Shown: piece by piece, positions 30,613 through 40,203 of the stretch
Layout of the letters: each line of letters starts with the position of its first letter
How positions within the stretch are numbered: position 1 is the stretch's first letter
Assembly (NCBI GenBank): GCA_963706955.1
Contig: CAVPOC010000015.1
Location: forward strand, 35,700 to 99,699
Length of the DNA: 64,000 nucleotides
Direction of reading: 5' to 3'
Origin: an uncultured Verrucomicrobiae bacterium
GTDB lineage: Bacteria; Verrucomicrobiota; Verrucomicrobiia; Chthoniobacterales; Terrimicrobiaceae
The notes under the pieces: model-generated
Told to the model about the DNA's origin: nothing
Database searches by the model: none
Seen by the model: the letters and a program-made list of their open reading frames with translations, nothing else
Translations under genes and position numbers: made by a program

Positions 30613-31467
30613 CTATTCCTCGCCGTCCGCCCTGCTCGTCGCACTGACGCGGAGAGAAGCCATATGCGTATCGTCAATTCCTAGCCCGTAAGCTAAGAGC
30701 AACGCGGACTCTTGCCAGACGCGAGCTTTATTACTTCCCAGAACTACCGCAATCATGTCTTTCCCGCCCCACGAACCGCTCGATATCAGGCAATGGCCCG
30801 CGGCGTCCGTGTAGCCGGTCTTCATCCCGTTGCAGAATGAATATGTCCTCAAGACGCGATTGGTATTCTGCAAGGGGATCGTCTTCCCGGTCGCATAACG
30901 AAACATGCAGTGCTTCGTCCTCATAATCTCACGCAAGAGCGGATTGAAGTAGGCCGCTCTGGCGATGCGACCCATATCACGCGCCGTGGAATACTGATCA
31001 TCGGCTGGAAGGCCGTTGGGATTGACAAAGTGCGAGGACTCTCCTCCCATTCGCGCCATCCTGGCATTCATCTTTGCCGCGAAATCTTCAAGACTTCCGG
31101 CGTTGTCCCGCGCGAGCGCCCTGGCCACATCGTTAGGACTCTTGACGAGAAGCGCCGTGAGAAGTTGCTGACGTGTGTAGCGCTCGCCCGTCTTCACATA
31201 AAGCTTTGTCGGTGCCGCCAGCATATCGGTCCTGTCGATGACCACTGGGGCAGAAAGATCTCCTGACTCAGCAATGATCAGCGCGGTGAGGAGCTTCTGA
31301 GTACTAGCTACCGCCCGCCGCTCGTTTTCGTTTTTCTTGTAGATGACCCTTCCGGTATTCGCGTCGAACAGAATAGCAGATTCGGCAGTGATGATTGGCT
31401 CTTGCCCTTCCAGCGCAAGGGGAGCCGTTAGCAGCCCGAAAAGCAAAACTGCCGACAGCATCTTCAT
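30613..31467 (-). CDS. D-alanyl-D-alanine carboxypeptidase (peptidase S11)
   Basis: SxxK (STQK), SxN (SPN) and KTG motifs; signal peptide. Confidence 0.92.
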   Translation of the reverse strand: MKMLSAVLLFGLLTAPLALEGQEPIITAESAILFDANTGRVIYKKNENERRAVASTQKLLTALIIAESGDLSAPVVIDRTDMLAAPTKLYVKTGERYTRQQLLTALLVKSPNDVARALARDNAGSLEDFAAKMNARMARMGGESSHFVNPNGLPADDQYSTARDMGRIARAAYFNPLLREIMRTKHCMFRYATGKTIPLQNTNRVLRTYSFCNGMKTGYTDAAGHCLISSGSWGGKDMIAVVLGSNKARVWQESALLLAYGLGIDDTHMASLRVSATSRADGEE

Positions 31468-31500
31468 CGCGCGGGACAATAGCCGCAATTCTGGCGGGAA

Positions 31501-31962
31501 TTAAGGATTTTTTTTCCGCAGACGAATCGTGATCCGCTTGAGCTTGGCATCGTCCGGCGGACTCCAGGTCATGACATCCTGATCGTCCTTGAACACATTG
31601 TGAACAACGAAGCGATCGTAGGAGTTGAGGGGCTCCGTTTGCAGCGGCCGCCCTGTGCTTTTCACGGCTTCGGCAAGATGGCGCACCTTGGCCACGAGGG
31701 CATCATCCCGCATCGCCCGATGATGATCGACATCCACGACCACGCGCGCTGCTTTCGGATCACTCGCCTGCAGGATGCGGTTTAGAAGAAACTGCAAGTC
31801 ATCCAGTGTCTGCTCGCGTCTCCCAATCAGCCTGTCCGCCTCGTGGGTGAATATTTGCAAGACTTTGTGCCCGCCGCGTTCCTGCTCCTCGATCTCAAAC
31901 ACAAATCCAAGGTATCCGAGCATCGTATCGAGAATCTCGCGTGGAGAAAGCTTGCCACTCAT
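31501..31962 (-). CDS. jag: Jag/EloR-like KH + R3H RNA-binding protein (short form)
   Basis: LIGR..QTLDDLQ KH motif, R..VH R3H motif; canonical position after yidC. Confidence 0.85.
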   Translation of the reverse strand: MSGKLSPREILDTMLGYLGFVFEIEEQERGGHKVLQIFTHEADRLIGRREQTLDDLQFLLNRILQASDPKAARVVVDVDHHRAMRDDALVAKVRHLAEAVKSTGRPLQTEPLNSYDRFVVHNVFKDDQDVMTWSPPDDAKLKRITIRLRKKNP

Positions 31963-33686
31963 GAAGCCGCTCGTTTCTTCCTCTTTTTCCCAGCAACAGT
32001 CGACTCTCTCTTCGCAACGACGCTCTTTTTTTCCAGTGTGGGCAGCGGCTTATTCCGTGTCAGGTAAAGTTGGAAGATAGAGAAAAGATTTTGTGTCGCC
32101 CAATAAAGCGCCAGCCCACTCGCATAGTTGTAGCAGAAGACCAGGAATATCACCGGCATGAAATAAAAGATGCGCTGCTGCATCGCGTCGCCGCTTTTTG
32201 GTGTGATAACCAACTGCCAGATCATTGTCCCGGCCATGACAATCGGCAGAACATTCACTGGAAAGCCCCACAGCTTGAAAACGGTGTCAGGTTGAGAAAG
32301 ATCCTGGACCCAGAGAAATGAGCTGTTGCGCAGCTCGATCGCGCTGCCGAGCATTGCGTAAAAGCCAAAAAAGATCGGGATCTGAATGAGCAAAGGCACG
32401 CAACCGCTGAAGGGATTAACTCCATATTCCTTGTAGAGCTTCATCACCTCCTCGTTCATTTTTTGCGGATCATCCTTAAACTTCTCCCGAAGCTCGGTCA
32501 TTTTCGGCGAGAGCAGTGACATCTTCCGCATTTGCGCGGTCGCCTTGTTCTGAATGGGCCAAAGCAGCGATTTAATAATGATGGTCAGGATGATGATCGC
32601 GGCGGCATAGCTGTGGAAAACCGCATTCAGGCTGTTCATCGCCCACAGGAGGAACTCGCTGACAAATCCAAACATTCCGAAATTCATGACGGCGTCCTGA
32701 CCACCACTCAGTTTGCGAAGTGGGGCGAGGTCCTTAGGTCCGGCATAGATCTGGAAGGACTCGACGAGGCTCTCCCCCGGAGCCAGCCTGAACGCCGGCA
32801 TGCCTATGCCTCCCTGGATGCCATAGACACGAGCGTCATTGAGCTTGCGGGTGTCGTAGCGCGTGGCCCAAGCGGAGATCCCCTTAGTCTTTTCCGTGGT
32901 GACGATCGTGCAGAAATATTGGCTGGCGACGCCGGCCCAGGTTACGTCCTTCTTGGCTTCGAGGTAGAGGCTGCGCGCATCACGAATCGGAATGCCGAGA
33001 AGCGGGATGGAGCTCGGATCGAACCAATTCACGTCAATGGTCGCGAACTTGCCCTCGTGCATCCAGTCGAACTTCGTGTAGATAGGGAGATCGTTGTGAT
33101 GGATTGGGGCGGCGCCTCCCGCGAATACGAAGTAGCCCTTCCTCTCCAAGTCTGCAGAGCCTGCATTTCGGAACCCTAGCTCCATTCGGACCACGTAAAT
33201 TCCATCCTTGGTCCCGCTCTCGGGCAGGATAAAACGCTTCGTGATTTCCAAACCATCGGCGTCCTTCCGGGTGAAAATGGCCTCGCCCTTGTCTTTGTCA
33301 GTCTCCATGGCAAAGCCACCCCAGGCTTCGCCAGGATTATCACCAATCGCCCCGATGGGCATCGCACGGTTGCCATTCAGGAAGACCGCCTGCTGGTTTT
33401 CACCCAGGTGCAGCAGAAGAATGGCACGCTCGATCCCTCCTTTGTCATTGCTAAAGACATATTCAGCGTCCTTGCTATAGAGATTCTGGTTTCGCGCCGC
33501 GATGACCGGCTCCTCGCGCACGGGTGCAGGCGTGGAAACAGGGTCTTGCGGCGGGGTCGGCGTCGCCGTGACCGTTTCCGGGGCTGCGCCGTGCGGTCGC
33601 GGGCTGTAATTCTTGACATAGTACCACTGCCAGAGCATGAGACCAAGAACCGAAAGAATGACAGCGATCCAGGCTTTGCGGTCCAT
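31959..33686 (-). CDS. yidC: Membrane protein insertase YidC
   Basis: YAGPK, GCVPLLIQIPIF, ELR, FLWVQDLSQPD and SGLALYW motifs. Confidence 0.96.
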   Translation of the reverse strand: MDRKAWIAVILSVLGLMLWQWYYVKNYSPRPHGAAPETVTATPTPPQDPVSTPAPVREEPVIAARNQNLYSKDAEYVFSNDKGGIERAILLLHLGENQQAVFLNGNRAMPIGAIGDNPGEAWGGFAMETDKDKGEAIFTRKDADGLEITKRFILPESGTKDGIYVVRMELGFRNAGSADLERKGYFVFAGGAAPIHHNDLPIYTKFDWMHEGKFATIDVNWFDPSSIPLLGIPIRDARSLYLEAKKDVTWAGVASQYFCTIVTTEKTKGISAWATRYDTRKLNDARVYGIQGGIGMPAFRLAPGESLVESFQIYAGPKDLAPLRKLSGGQDAVMNFGMFGFVSEFLLWAMNSLNAVFHSYAAAIIILTIIIKSLLWPIQNKATAQMRKMSLLSPKMTELREKFKDDPQKMNEEVMKLYKEYGVNPFSGCVPLLIQIPIFFGFYAMLGSAIELRNSSFLWVQDLSQPDTVFKLWGFPVNVLPIVMAGTMIWQLVITPKSGDAMQQRIFYFMPVIFLVFCYNYASGLALYWATQNLFSIFQLYLTRNKPLPTLEKKSVVAKRESTVAGKKRKKRAAS

Positions 33687-33688
33687 TT

Positions 33689-33937
33689 TCACTTCTTAAA
33701 AGAGTTCAAAGATGCGGGGACAGGGTCGTAGCCACTGCCGCCCCAGGGATGACACCGCGCGATGCGCTTCAGACCGAGCCACAACCCTTGGGACGCGCCA
33801 TGCCGCTGAATAGCCTCCAAGCAGTATTGTGAACAACTTGGTTCAAATCGGCAACCCCCTCCGCCAGAGAGCACATGCAGGAATGGAGAAACCGTCCATC
33901 GATACACGCGAATTAGAACAATCAAGAGGGTGCTCAT
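33689..33937 (-). CDS. yidD: Membrane protein insertion efficiency factor
   Basis: CRFEPSCS...[17 protein letters not shown]. Confidence 0.95.
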   Translation of the reverse strand: MSTLLIVLIRVYRWTVSPFLHVLSGGGGCRFEPSCSQYCLEAIQRHGASQGLWLGLKRIARCHPWGGSGYDPVPASLNSFKK

Positions 33938-34274
33938 AAGAGCAAAAACCAACATGAATTTGCTACCGAGGCGCTGCGGAACGAACTCTCTGGCAAGGTC
34001 CAGAAGACCCTAAATGCTGAGGCAATCGAATCTTTCAGCTGGTTTTGGAGCGGCAAGGATCTGCAGCCCCCGGCGAGCAGAGCAGTCATCTGCCAGGCCA
34101 TCAGGATATCGCCAAAACTTTGTGCGACGGCGTTTCTGGGAAGCCTTGGCCATAAATGGCTTCGGCTTGGCCGTTTAAAAGTTTGTATTGGCATCTGCTC
34201 GTTTTCCAGGCTCTCAGCTCACGCGGCAAGCGGTGGACAGAATTTATTTTCTGATATCGTCCGCCTTGGTCCAT

Positions 34275-34670
34275 TCAGCAAGAGCCGGACAAAATAGAAA
34301 GCCGCTTCGCGAGAATCAACCATTCCTCACGCAATTCCTGAAAACTGGCTCGGTTGGCCATCGGTTTGGCAGCGACTACGATCAGAAGTCCGGAGGCCAG
34401 TAACGGGCGATGTAGGCGACAGATCTCACGTAATCTTCGCCGCACCCGGTTGCGTGTCACTGCCTCGCCCAGGCGCCGGGGGGTTATCAGACCAAAACGG
34501 GTTCCGCCAGCCGCGGGATCGCACGCGATGCTTAAACGCAACAAGCGGCCCTGCGCAGAGTGTCCATGCGATCGCACCAACGCAAACTCGCGACTCAACC
34601 TGATGCGGACAGACCGCGGAAATCCAAGCCGCTCAGGCTTCGGTGTGCCGGGCGTAGGGGATCTCGACAC
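34275..34670 (-). CDS. rnpA: Ribonuclease P protein component
   Basis: R.G......[13 protein letters not shown] (RNR motif); GTG start lies inside rpmH. Confidence 0.92.
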   Translation of the reverse strand: MSRSPTPGTPKPERLGFPRSVRIRLSREFALVRSHGHSAQGRLLRLSIACDPAAGGTRFGLITPRRLGEAVTRNRVRRRLREICRLHRPLLASGLLIVVAAKPMANRASFQELREEWLILAKRLSILSGSC

Positions 34671-34806
34671 CCTTGGGCAGCAGGCGTTTGCGACCGCGTT
34701 GGCGACGGCGGCTCAAGATCGCGCGGCCACCCTTCGTTTTCATTCGAGCGCGAAAACCGAACTGGCGCTTACGCGTGCGCTTGCTTGGCTGGTAGGTGCG
34801 TTTCAT
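34633..34806 (-). CDS. rpmH: 50S ribosomal protein L34 (57 aa)
   Basis: Hand translation [57 protein letters not shown]; absent from the ORF track, which lists nothing under 60 aa. Confidence 0.97.
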   Translation of the reverse strand: MKRTYQPSKRTRKRQFGFRARMKTKGGRAILSRRRQRGRKRLLPKGVEIPYARHTEA

Positions 34807-34830
34807 AAAATCGGAAAAATGAAGCCCGCT

Positions 34831-34858
34831 AGAATAGCCTTTCGATCCGCAGAGTCAA
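34831..34858 (-). promoter_or_regulatory. Putative sigma70 promoter of the rpmH operon
   Basis: Minus strand TTGACT-16 nt-TATTCT, 24 nt upstream of the rpmH ATG. Confidence 0.55.
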
Positions 34859-34937
34859 TTGAGGAATCCTGATCGGCGCCAGACTCGCCTCGGCGCGAAA
34901 AGCCCGCGAACGCAAAAACTACCAACACGCGGGCACG

Positions 34938-35609
34938 TTAGCGCCGAAGGACTTCGACGCAGCGACAAAGTTCGACAAAGTCCTGCCAACCGAGCTCCAA
35001 GTAAGGATCAGTCTCCTTGACCGCGCGCAACGTTAGGTCGGCAATCTTTTCCTCAGCGCGCTTGATGTGGCGACTGACCCTGCTCTCATGCCACTTCCAA
35101 AGGCTGGCGACTTCCCGCTGGGTCACTCCGTGCATGTGCACAAGCTGCAGCAACACCAACTCCTCCACGTCGCAAGCTGCGAACGCCTCACGCAAGGCAG
35201 GTCCTAGAATTTCAATGATGGAGGAGTCCGGGTGCGAAGTTGCAGCCTTGGCCGGCGGGGCGGATCCTTCGGCATCAAGGGTCAGCGAATGAATCGCCCG
35301 AGTATGCTGAGCCTCCCGACGCTTCAGCGAAATCCAGCGGTTCACGCAAATCGCAGTTAGCCACGATTTCAGTGCTGATCGCCCATTGAAAACATGAAAC
35401 AAGGGGCGTGGACCGACCAGACAGTCACCCCAGAGTTGGGCCAGAATGTCATCGATTTCATCCCTCGACGCTCCGTAAGAACCCAATACCTTGCTGAGAA
35501 AGGGCGTCAGACTTCTTTTAAGCTCAGAGATCGCCTCTTCATTCCCTTCGATGCATTGCTGCACTAGATCGACATCGGCCAGTGCCGGTGCTTCTTCCCC
35601 ACTACTCAT
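34938..35609 (-). CDS. ECF-type RNA polymerase sigma factor
   Basis: D..LV..C..G.E.A, region 2 F.GRS.L.SWL, region 4 HTH (TQREVA..W...ESRVSR), plus a C-terminal extension. Confidence 0.85.
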   Translation of the reverse strand: MSSGEEAPALADVDLVQQCIEGNEEAISELKRSLTPFLSKVLGSYGASRDEIDDILAQLWGDCLVGPRPLFHVFNGRSALKSWLTAICVNRWISLKRREAQHTRAIHSLTLDAEGSAPPAKAATSHPDSSIIEILGPALREAFAACDVEELVLLQLVHMHGVTQREVASLWKWHESRVSRHIKRAEEKIADLTLRAVKETDPYLELGWQDFVELCRCVEVLRR

Positions 35610-35713
35610 TTCGCTTATCTAAGGAGAAGCCATGACACTAACACAAGGCAAAAACGCGCAGAATGCCATGACAATTTCTTTACAAATCATCTGTCCGAAA
35701 GCGTAATGAGTAC

Positions 35714-35950
35714 ATGCCTGCCGAATTTGAGATTCTTTTTCGATTTCTGGAGCTTGCCGATGGAGAGGTCCAAGGACGACAATCGGCCCGGCCCCCTGCC
35801 GGCATCGAGAGACTTGTCACGGCGTTGCTGTCAGGCCAGCTCGCCGAGGAAAAGAGAATTGAGCTGTGCGAAGAGCTCCGGGACCAGCCCGCTTGGCTTG
35901 CATGGTTCGCCGAGCAGATTAAGAAACGCCGCAAGCCTCCTTCGGCTTAA
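35714..35950 (+). CDS. Small hypothetical protein (78 aa)
   Basis: Protein-like helical composition; divergent from the ECF sigma and convergent with the S8 gene. Confidence 0.6.
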   Translation: MPAEFEILFRFLELADGEVQGRQSARPPAGIERLVTALLSGQLAEEKRIELCEELRDQPAWLAWFAEQIKKRRKPPSA

Positions 35951-35966
35951 TTCTGCGGTCGCCAGC

Positions 35967-36707
35967 TCATTTTCCCTCTGCTGCTACTCTGCGCAGCAAC
36001 GACTTGGCCAGGACTGGATCGATCTCCGGATAGACGGAAAGCAGCCGGGCGAGCATGCCTGAGACCCAGGCGGCGGCAAAGCTGCTCCCGGTCATTACGC
36101 GGTGACCGCGATTTTTCCAAGGGACGCGCACTTCCGCGGCCGGCGCGGCAAATTCGACCATTCGCCCCGATAAAAAACGAAGGCCGGCATCGTTCGAGAG
36201 GGCGCAATCGACGCCCAGCACGCTTGAGAGATAGGCCGGCCACTCCGAGCTCTCCGGGCTGCCCGAAGCTGCCACGACATGGATGCCGGCCAGCAGCGCA
36301 CTATCTGCCCATTCCTTATAGATCGGCAAGTGGCCGGAAATTCCACACCCGAAGCTGCAATTGAGGATGTTATAGCCGAGGGCGATCGATTTTCGCGCCG
36401 CCATCGAGACTTGCGCGGTGCGTGCACTGAGACTGGATCCCAGCACTCGGAAGCTCCCAATCTCCGCTTTGGGCGCCAACCGCCAGATGATCCCTGAGAC
36501 TGCAGTGCCATGACCATACATGTCTTCCCCATTACCCTCTCGCATGCCACCGGTTGGGTCCGATAAGAGATCATGATAGAGCTGCTGTCCAAAGAAGTCC
36601 GGGTGGGAGATTTCAACGCCCGAATCGAGGACCGCAATGCGGACTCCCTGGCCATCTCCCCTCTCCATCGCATCCGCTGCTTGTGAGGGGCTGATCCACA
36701 CGCTCAT
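35967..36707 (-). CDS. Compact cytoplasmic subtilisin-like S8 serine peptidase
   Basis: Triad motifs AVLDSG, HGT and TGSSFAA; no signal peptide or prodomain; ATGA-coupled to the GAF gene. Confidence 0.88.
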   Translation of the reverse strand: MSVWISPSQAADAMERGDGQGVRIAVLDSGVEISHPDFFGQQLYHDLLSDPTGGMREGNGEDMYGHGTAVSGIIWRLAPKAEIGSFRVLGSSLSARTAQVSMAARKSIALGYNILNCSFGCGISGHLPIYKEWADSALLAGIHVVAASGSPESSEWPAYLSSVLGVDCALSNDAGLRFLSGRMVEFAAPAAEVRVPWKNRGHRVMTGSSFAAAWVSGMLARLLSVYPEIDPVLAKSLLRRVAAEGK

Positions 36708-37204
36708 CCTTCCTCGATTACACGCTCCACTTCCCGCACAGCATCAGTCACTAACGCTAAATCAGCTGTCGAGAAGGGTGGTGGCTCCGGCGCCGTCGCG
36801 TTTGCAGGTTTCAGCCGCACGCAAGAAATACCACCGTGAATTGCATCACGAAATCGAAGTGGAACCGCGATCATCGCACAGGTCAAGACTCCCAGGCGCC
36901 GATCCAAGGTGGGATCTTGCTGGGCATTCTGGTAAACCGAATTTTCACAGATTGCCTGCTCGGTTACGCAGATCAAACTCATCAGTCCAGCCGTTAGTGG
37001 CTGTCGATGGATGCCCACAAAACGCTCGCCATAAGGACCGGAACTCCACACTGGCACTAAAGCTTCCTCATTTTCGTCCAAAAGCCAGATCGTTCCCTCG
37101 TCTGCCCCGACGGAGTCAAAGGCCCTTTTTAGGATACCCGAAATGCTCTCCGTGCAGTGTAGACTGTGAAGTTCGAGCAAGGCTGCGCTAGCAAATTTGG
37201 CCAA
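36704..37204 (-). CDS. Stand-alone GAF domain protein
   Basis: GTIWLLD....LV...G....V......AMIAVPL......G.ISCV....F...DL pattern; GGAGG SD 7 nt before the TTG start. Confidence 0.85.
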   Translation of the reverse strand: MAKFASAALLELHSLHCTESISGILKRAFDSVGADEGTIWLLDENEEALVPVWSSGPYGERFVGIHRQPLTAGLMSLICVTEQAICENSVYQNAQQDPTLDRRLGVLTCAMIAVPLRFRDAIHGGISCVRLKPANATAPEPPPFSTADLALVTDAVREVERVIEEG

Positions 37205-37815
37205 TGTAAATCCTCCCGCCTATAGCTTTCATACCGAGGCAAAGGCGATCTTGTCCATGTCGAAAATTCTCTCAAAGAGCCAGGGGGTTTAGTGCCGGAT
37301 CGTTCGCCAGTCTCTGGCTGCAATTTAGAGGGAAGCTTCGCATCGTCAGCTAGGGAGCCGGGATCTAGATCTGGTAAGCACACAGATACCCGAAAATCCA
37401 TCTCAACGCCATTGAAGAACCCGCGATTCGTGCTACAGCTCTGTTCTCTGGATCGTCCATGGCTTTTTTGGCTTCAAATTCGCATTCCGCCCGTACACTA
37501 TTTAGTTATGGCCGCTTAACGGAGGGCGAGACATCTCATCAAGACTCGCAAGCATGCGCAAGTTTCTAGAACTCGCACGTATGACCCTCATGGAGGATAT
37601 CGTCGCCGTTGAAGATATCGAGACAACTTTCGAGGCTTCGACCGCGGCAGAGATAAGTTCGACGCCCCTCATAGCCATCCAACTTCAGCAACCCAGGAAC
37701 CCTCGTCCAGGGATCACATGAAACTCCACGATTCCGGTCCCCACGCTGCAGATAGCGCTTCGCCGGAAACTCGTCCCGCTCCGACCGCCGTAGAGCTATC
37801 CCGACCTGGAGAACG

Positions 37816-38211
37816 GTGGAGCAATTAGAGCAGGACGAGCCGACTGACCCGGTTTCGGAATACGAAGAGCGTGTCCTGCGGCCGGACGATTTTGTGTTCC
37901 TGAGCGGCAAGGGCACTTGTTGGCTGATCAGGACGAGGGAAATTTGGCTTCTGGAAGCATGCGGTGGGAGAACGCGCGTCTCGATACCGGGAGGCACCGT
38001 AGTTCTGCGGAGAACACTTGCCGAGTGCGAGCGCAAATTAGACAATACAGCCTTCTTCCGTGCGACGCGCGATTGCATTATCAACCTGATGCACGTCAAG
38101 CAAACGCGCCTCCTCGATTGTTCTCGCGTAGCTTTTGTGCTCCCAAACAATAAACAGGTCATCGTTTCGGGGGAGCAAAACGCCTTCTTTCGAAAAATGC
38201 GGGCTCTTTAG
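37816..38211 (+). CDS. Stand-alone LytTR DNA-binding domain protein 1
   Basis: I..LEA.G..T....R.TL..CE.KLD...FFRATRDCIINL.HV motif; no receiver domain. An out-of-frame ATG at 37718 could be the real start if an indel is present. Confidence 0.85.
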   Translation: MEQLEQDEPTDPVSEYEERVLRPDDFVFLSGKGTCWLIRTREIWLLEACGGRTRVSIPGGTVVLRRTLAECERKLDNTAFFRATRDCIINLMHVKQTRLLDCSRVAFVLPNNKQVIVSGEQNAFFRKMRAL

Positions 38212-38575
38212 CCCGGTCGCGATCTGCTAAACCTCTTCGCGAGGGTTTGGCATTCTCAACCTCGCTTTAAGCACAGACAGCCATGCTGTTTGCCAGCTCC
38301 GAGTTGACAAAGCATCGCTGTTCTTCTATATCTCTTTTTTCCTGCAAGTCCAAGCAGGTGCGGGCGTAAAGGGTATCAAGGCAGAACATGGCGTAAATCA
38401 AGTTCTCCTACTGGACACGCTATCAGTCATCGGCAGTGGCAACACTTCCGACGAAGCGTGGCAACAGTCGCGTGTCGGAATCGCTTTTGCGAGGTCAAGC
38501 CTCGGCAGAATCATTCTCCGAACGGCATAAACAGGCGCAACGCTAGGGAGGTTCGGCAAAGGAACTGCCGCACCA

Positions 38576-38592
38576 CCAAGGGCGGTAGCTTG
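38576..38592 (+). promoter_or_regulatory. ops/JUMPstart-like element
   Basis: CCAAGGGCGGTAGCTTG matches the ops consensus GGCGGTAGnnTG and lies upstream of, and co-oriented with, a long polysaccharide locus. Confidence 0.35.
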
Positions 38593-38980
38593 TCGAAAAG
38601 GACTCACCACTCCCGCTCGCCTGGGCATTGAACGCGTCGCTGTCGGTCAGCTGAAATCTCCTAAACTCAAGAAGAAACATTTTTTGCGCAGAAAAGATTG
38701 TTCGAGAATCAAAAACTGGCGCACTACCACTGACCATGAAAATCTTCCGTTCACTGGCGTCATTTGCCGCCAATCACATTTCCGTTTGCGGGTCCGCCCA
38801 CATCGCGCTAGCGTGGCACTGTGTTTGAGCACTGGCTTGGAAAATCTATTCCTCCCCCAACCTTCATCTTAGTAATACGGGTCCTCAACTTCGAACCCGC
38901 AGCATAGGTTCGAACCAAGAAGCTAGGCACTGCATCTATTTTCGGCTTCCGAAGATTTGCCGACTTACTCATCACACGCC

Positions 38981-39460
38981 ATGAAGGCGAAATCCATTCC
39001 AAAACCAGTCAGCTCCCCCGACGAACCACAAGAATACGGAATCCGCATTCCGGAGATCGAACAACCCAATGGTGCCACCGCTGGACCCGGCGAGGTCGTT
39101 TACCAATTCACCGGTGACATCCCGCTTCGAAATGACGATTTCGTCGTTCTTACCGACAACATCAAGTGTTGTATTCTTCGCATGTCCGACCTACTCCGGC
39201 TGGAAGCGGAAGGAAATTACAGCCGTGTCTATTGGATCGGCTCGTCGATGTTGATCCGTCGTCCCCTTCGTGATTGCGAGAAACGGCTTGATCCGACGAA
39301 ATTCTTTCGCGCCCGCCGCGACTGCATCGTCAACCTCGAACACGTCAAGCATACACGCATTGTCGACTTGATGCGTTATGTCTTTGTCCTCCAGGACGGT
39401 ACAGAAGTAACCCTTTCCCGTCGCCAAAGCCTCGTCCTGCGCAAGTCGCGATCTCTTTAA
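38981..39460 (+). CDS. Stand-alone LytTR DNA-binding domain protein 2
   Basis: LEAEGNYSRV...RRPLRDCEKRLDP..FFRARRDCIVNL...LSRRQS; no receiver domain. Confidence 0.9.
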   Translation: MKAKSIPKPVSSPDEPQEYGIRIPEIEQPNGATAGPGEVVYQFTGDIPLRNDDFVVLTDNIKCCILRMSDLLRLEAEGNYSRVYWIGSSMLIRRPLRDCEKRLDPTKFFRARRDCIVNLEHVKHTRIVDLMRYVFVLQDGTEVTLSRRQSLVLRKSRSL

Positions 39461-40203
39461 ACCTCGTCCGCTGCCGCTTCTAGGCGCGGCGACCACGGCT
39501 CCTGACGCGGGCTGCTCCCTCTGTCTGCCCCTCCTGGGTAACGGAGTCACTCGACGCCCGCTTTCCTATGGACCTCCCGCGCATCGCGCTTACCGGCTCC
39601 ACCGCCCGTTTGCCGCAACCGTGAGAGCAGTCTCTTGTGCTGATTTGCATTCTTCCGGCAAATTCCTTCCTACCGCTCGCTCATTCGTACATCCATTAGC
39701 TCCCGCTTTTCGATTATACGTCACATTTCCCTTCCAGACCTTAGTCTTCGCTCGTAAAAGGAATATTGGAAAAGCTTGAGAAAGGTAACACATCGTTAGG
39801 GACTTTGCGGACGAGCTTCACACTCATGATGTAATGGAGTCGAGGACTAGAATTTGGGATACTGATTCCTAGCAGCGAGAACAATAAGCGTTCGTTCTCA
39901 ATTCCACCCCCCCTCTGGCATATTGATCGACCCGGCTTATCCCCGTCTTGATGCCTCGTCCCTAACGGGATTCTTCCTTCCCTCGGGTCAAGGGCGCCCT
40001 CACCATGCCACGGTGCGGCACCTTATGCCCATACATATTAGATGCTACGTTCCGGCGCCCCAACGCGACGGACGACCAAGGGCGGCAGCCTGCTCGCAAG
40101 GGCTGCTATTAGTATAACGCCGGCGCCATATTCTAAGCTAATGATCTCGGCGGCTAATAATAGTCAGCAAATCCTCGGCGACTGTCACTGATCGCGGCAT
40201 CAC

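Noticed and set aside
34633..34806. Thermus-style rnpA reading fully through rpmH
   Set aside because: The rnpA frame has a TGA within rpmH (at ATC TTG AGC), so the overlap is only partial.
34807..34937. oriC/dnaA expected next to rpmH
   Set aside because: No dnaA gene and no TTATCCACA boxes were seen; an ECF sigma gene occupies the position.
38814..38830. Sigma54 promoter TGGCAC-N5-TTGA upstream of LytTR 2
   Set aside because: The -12 element is GA rather than the required GC.
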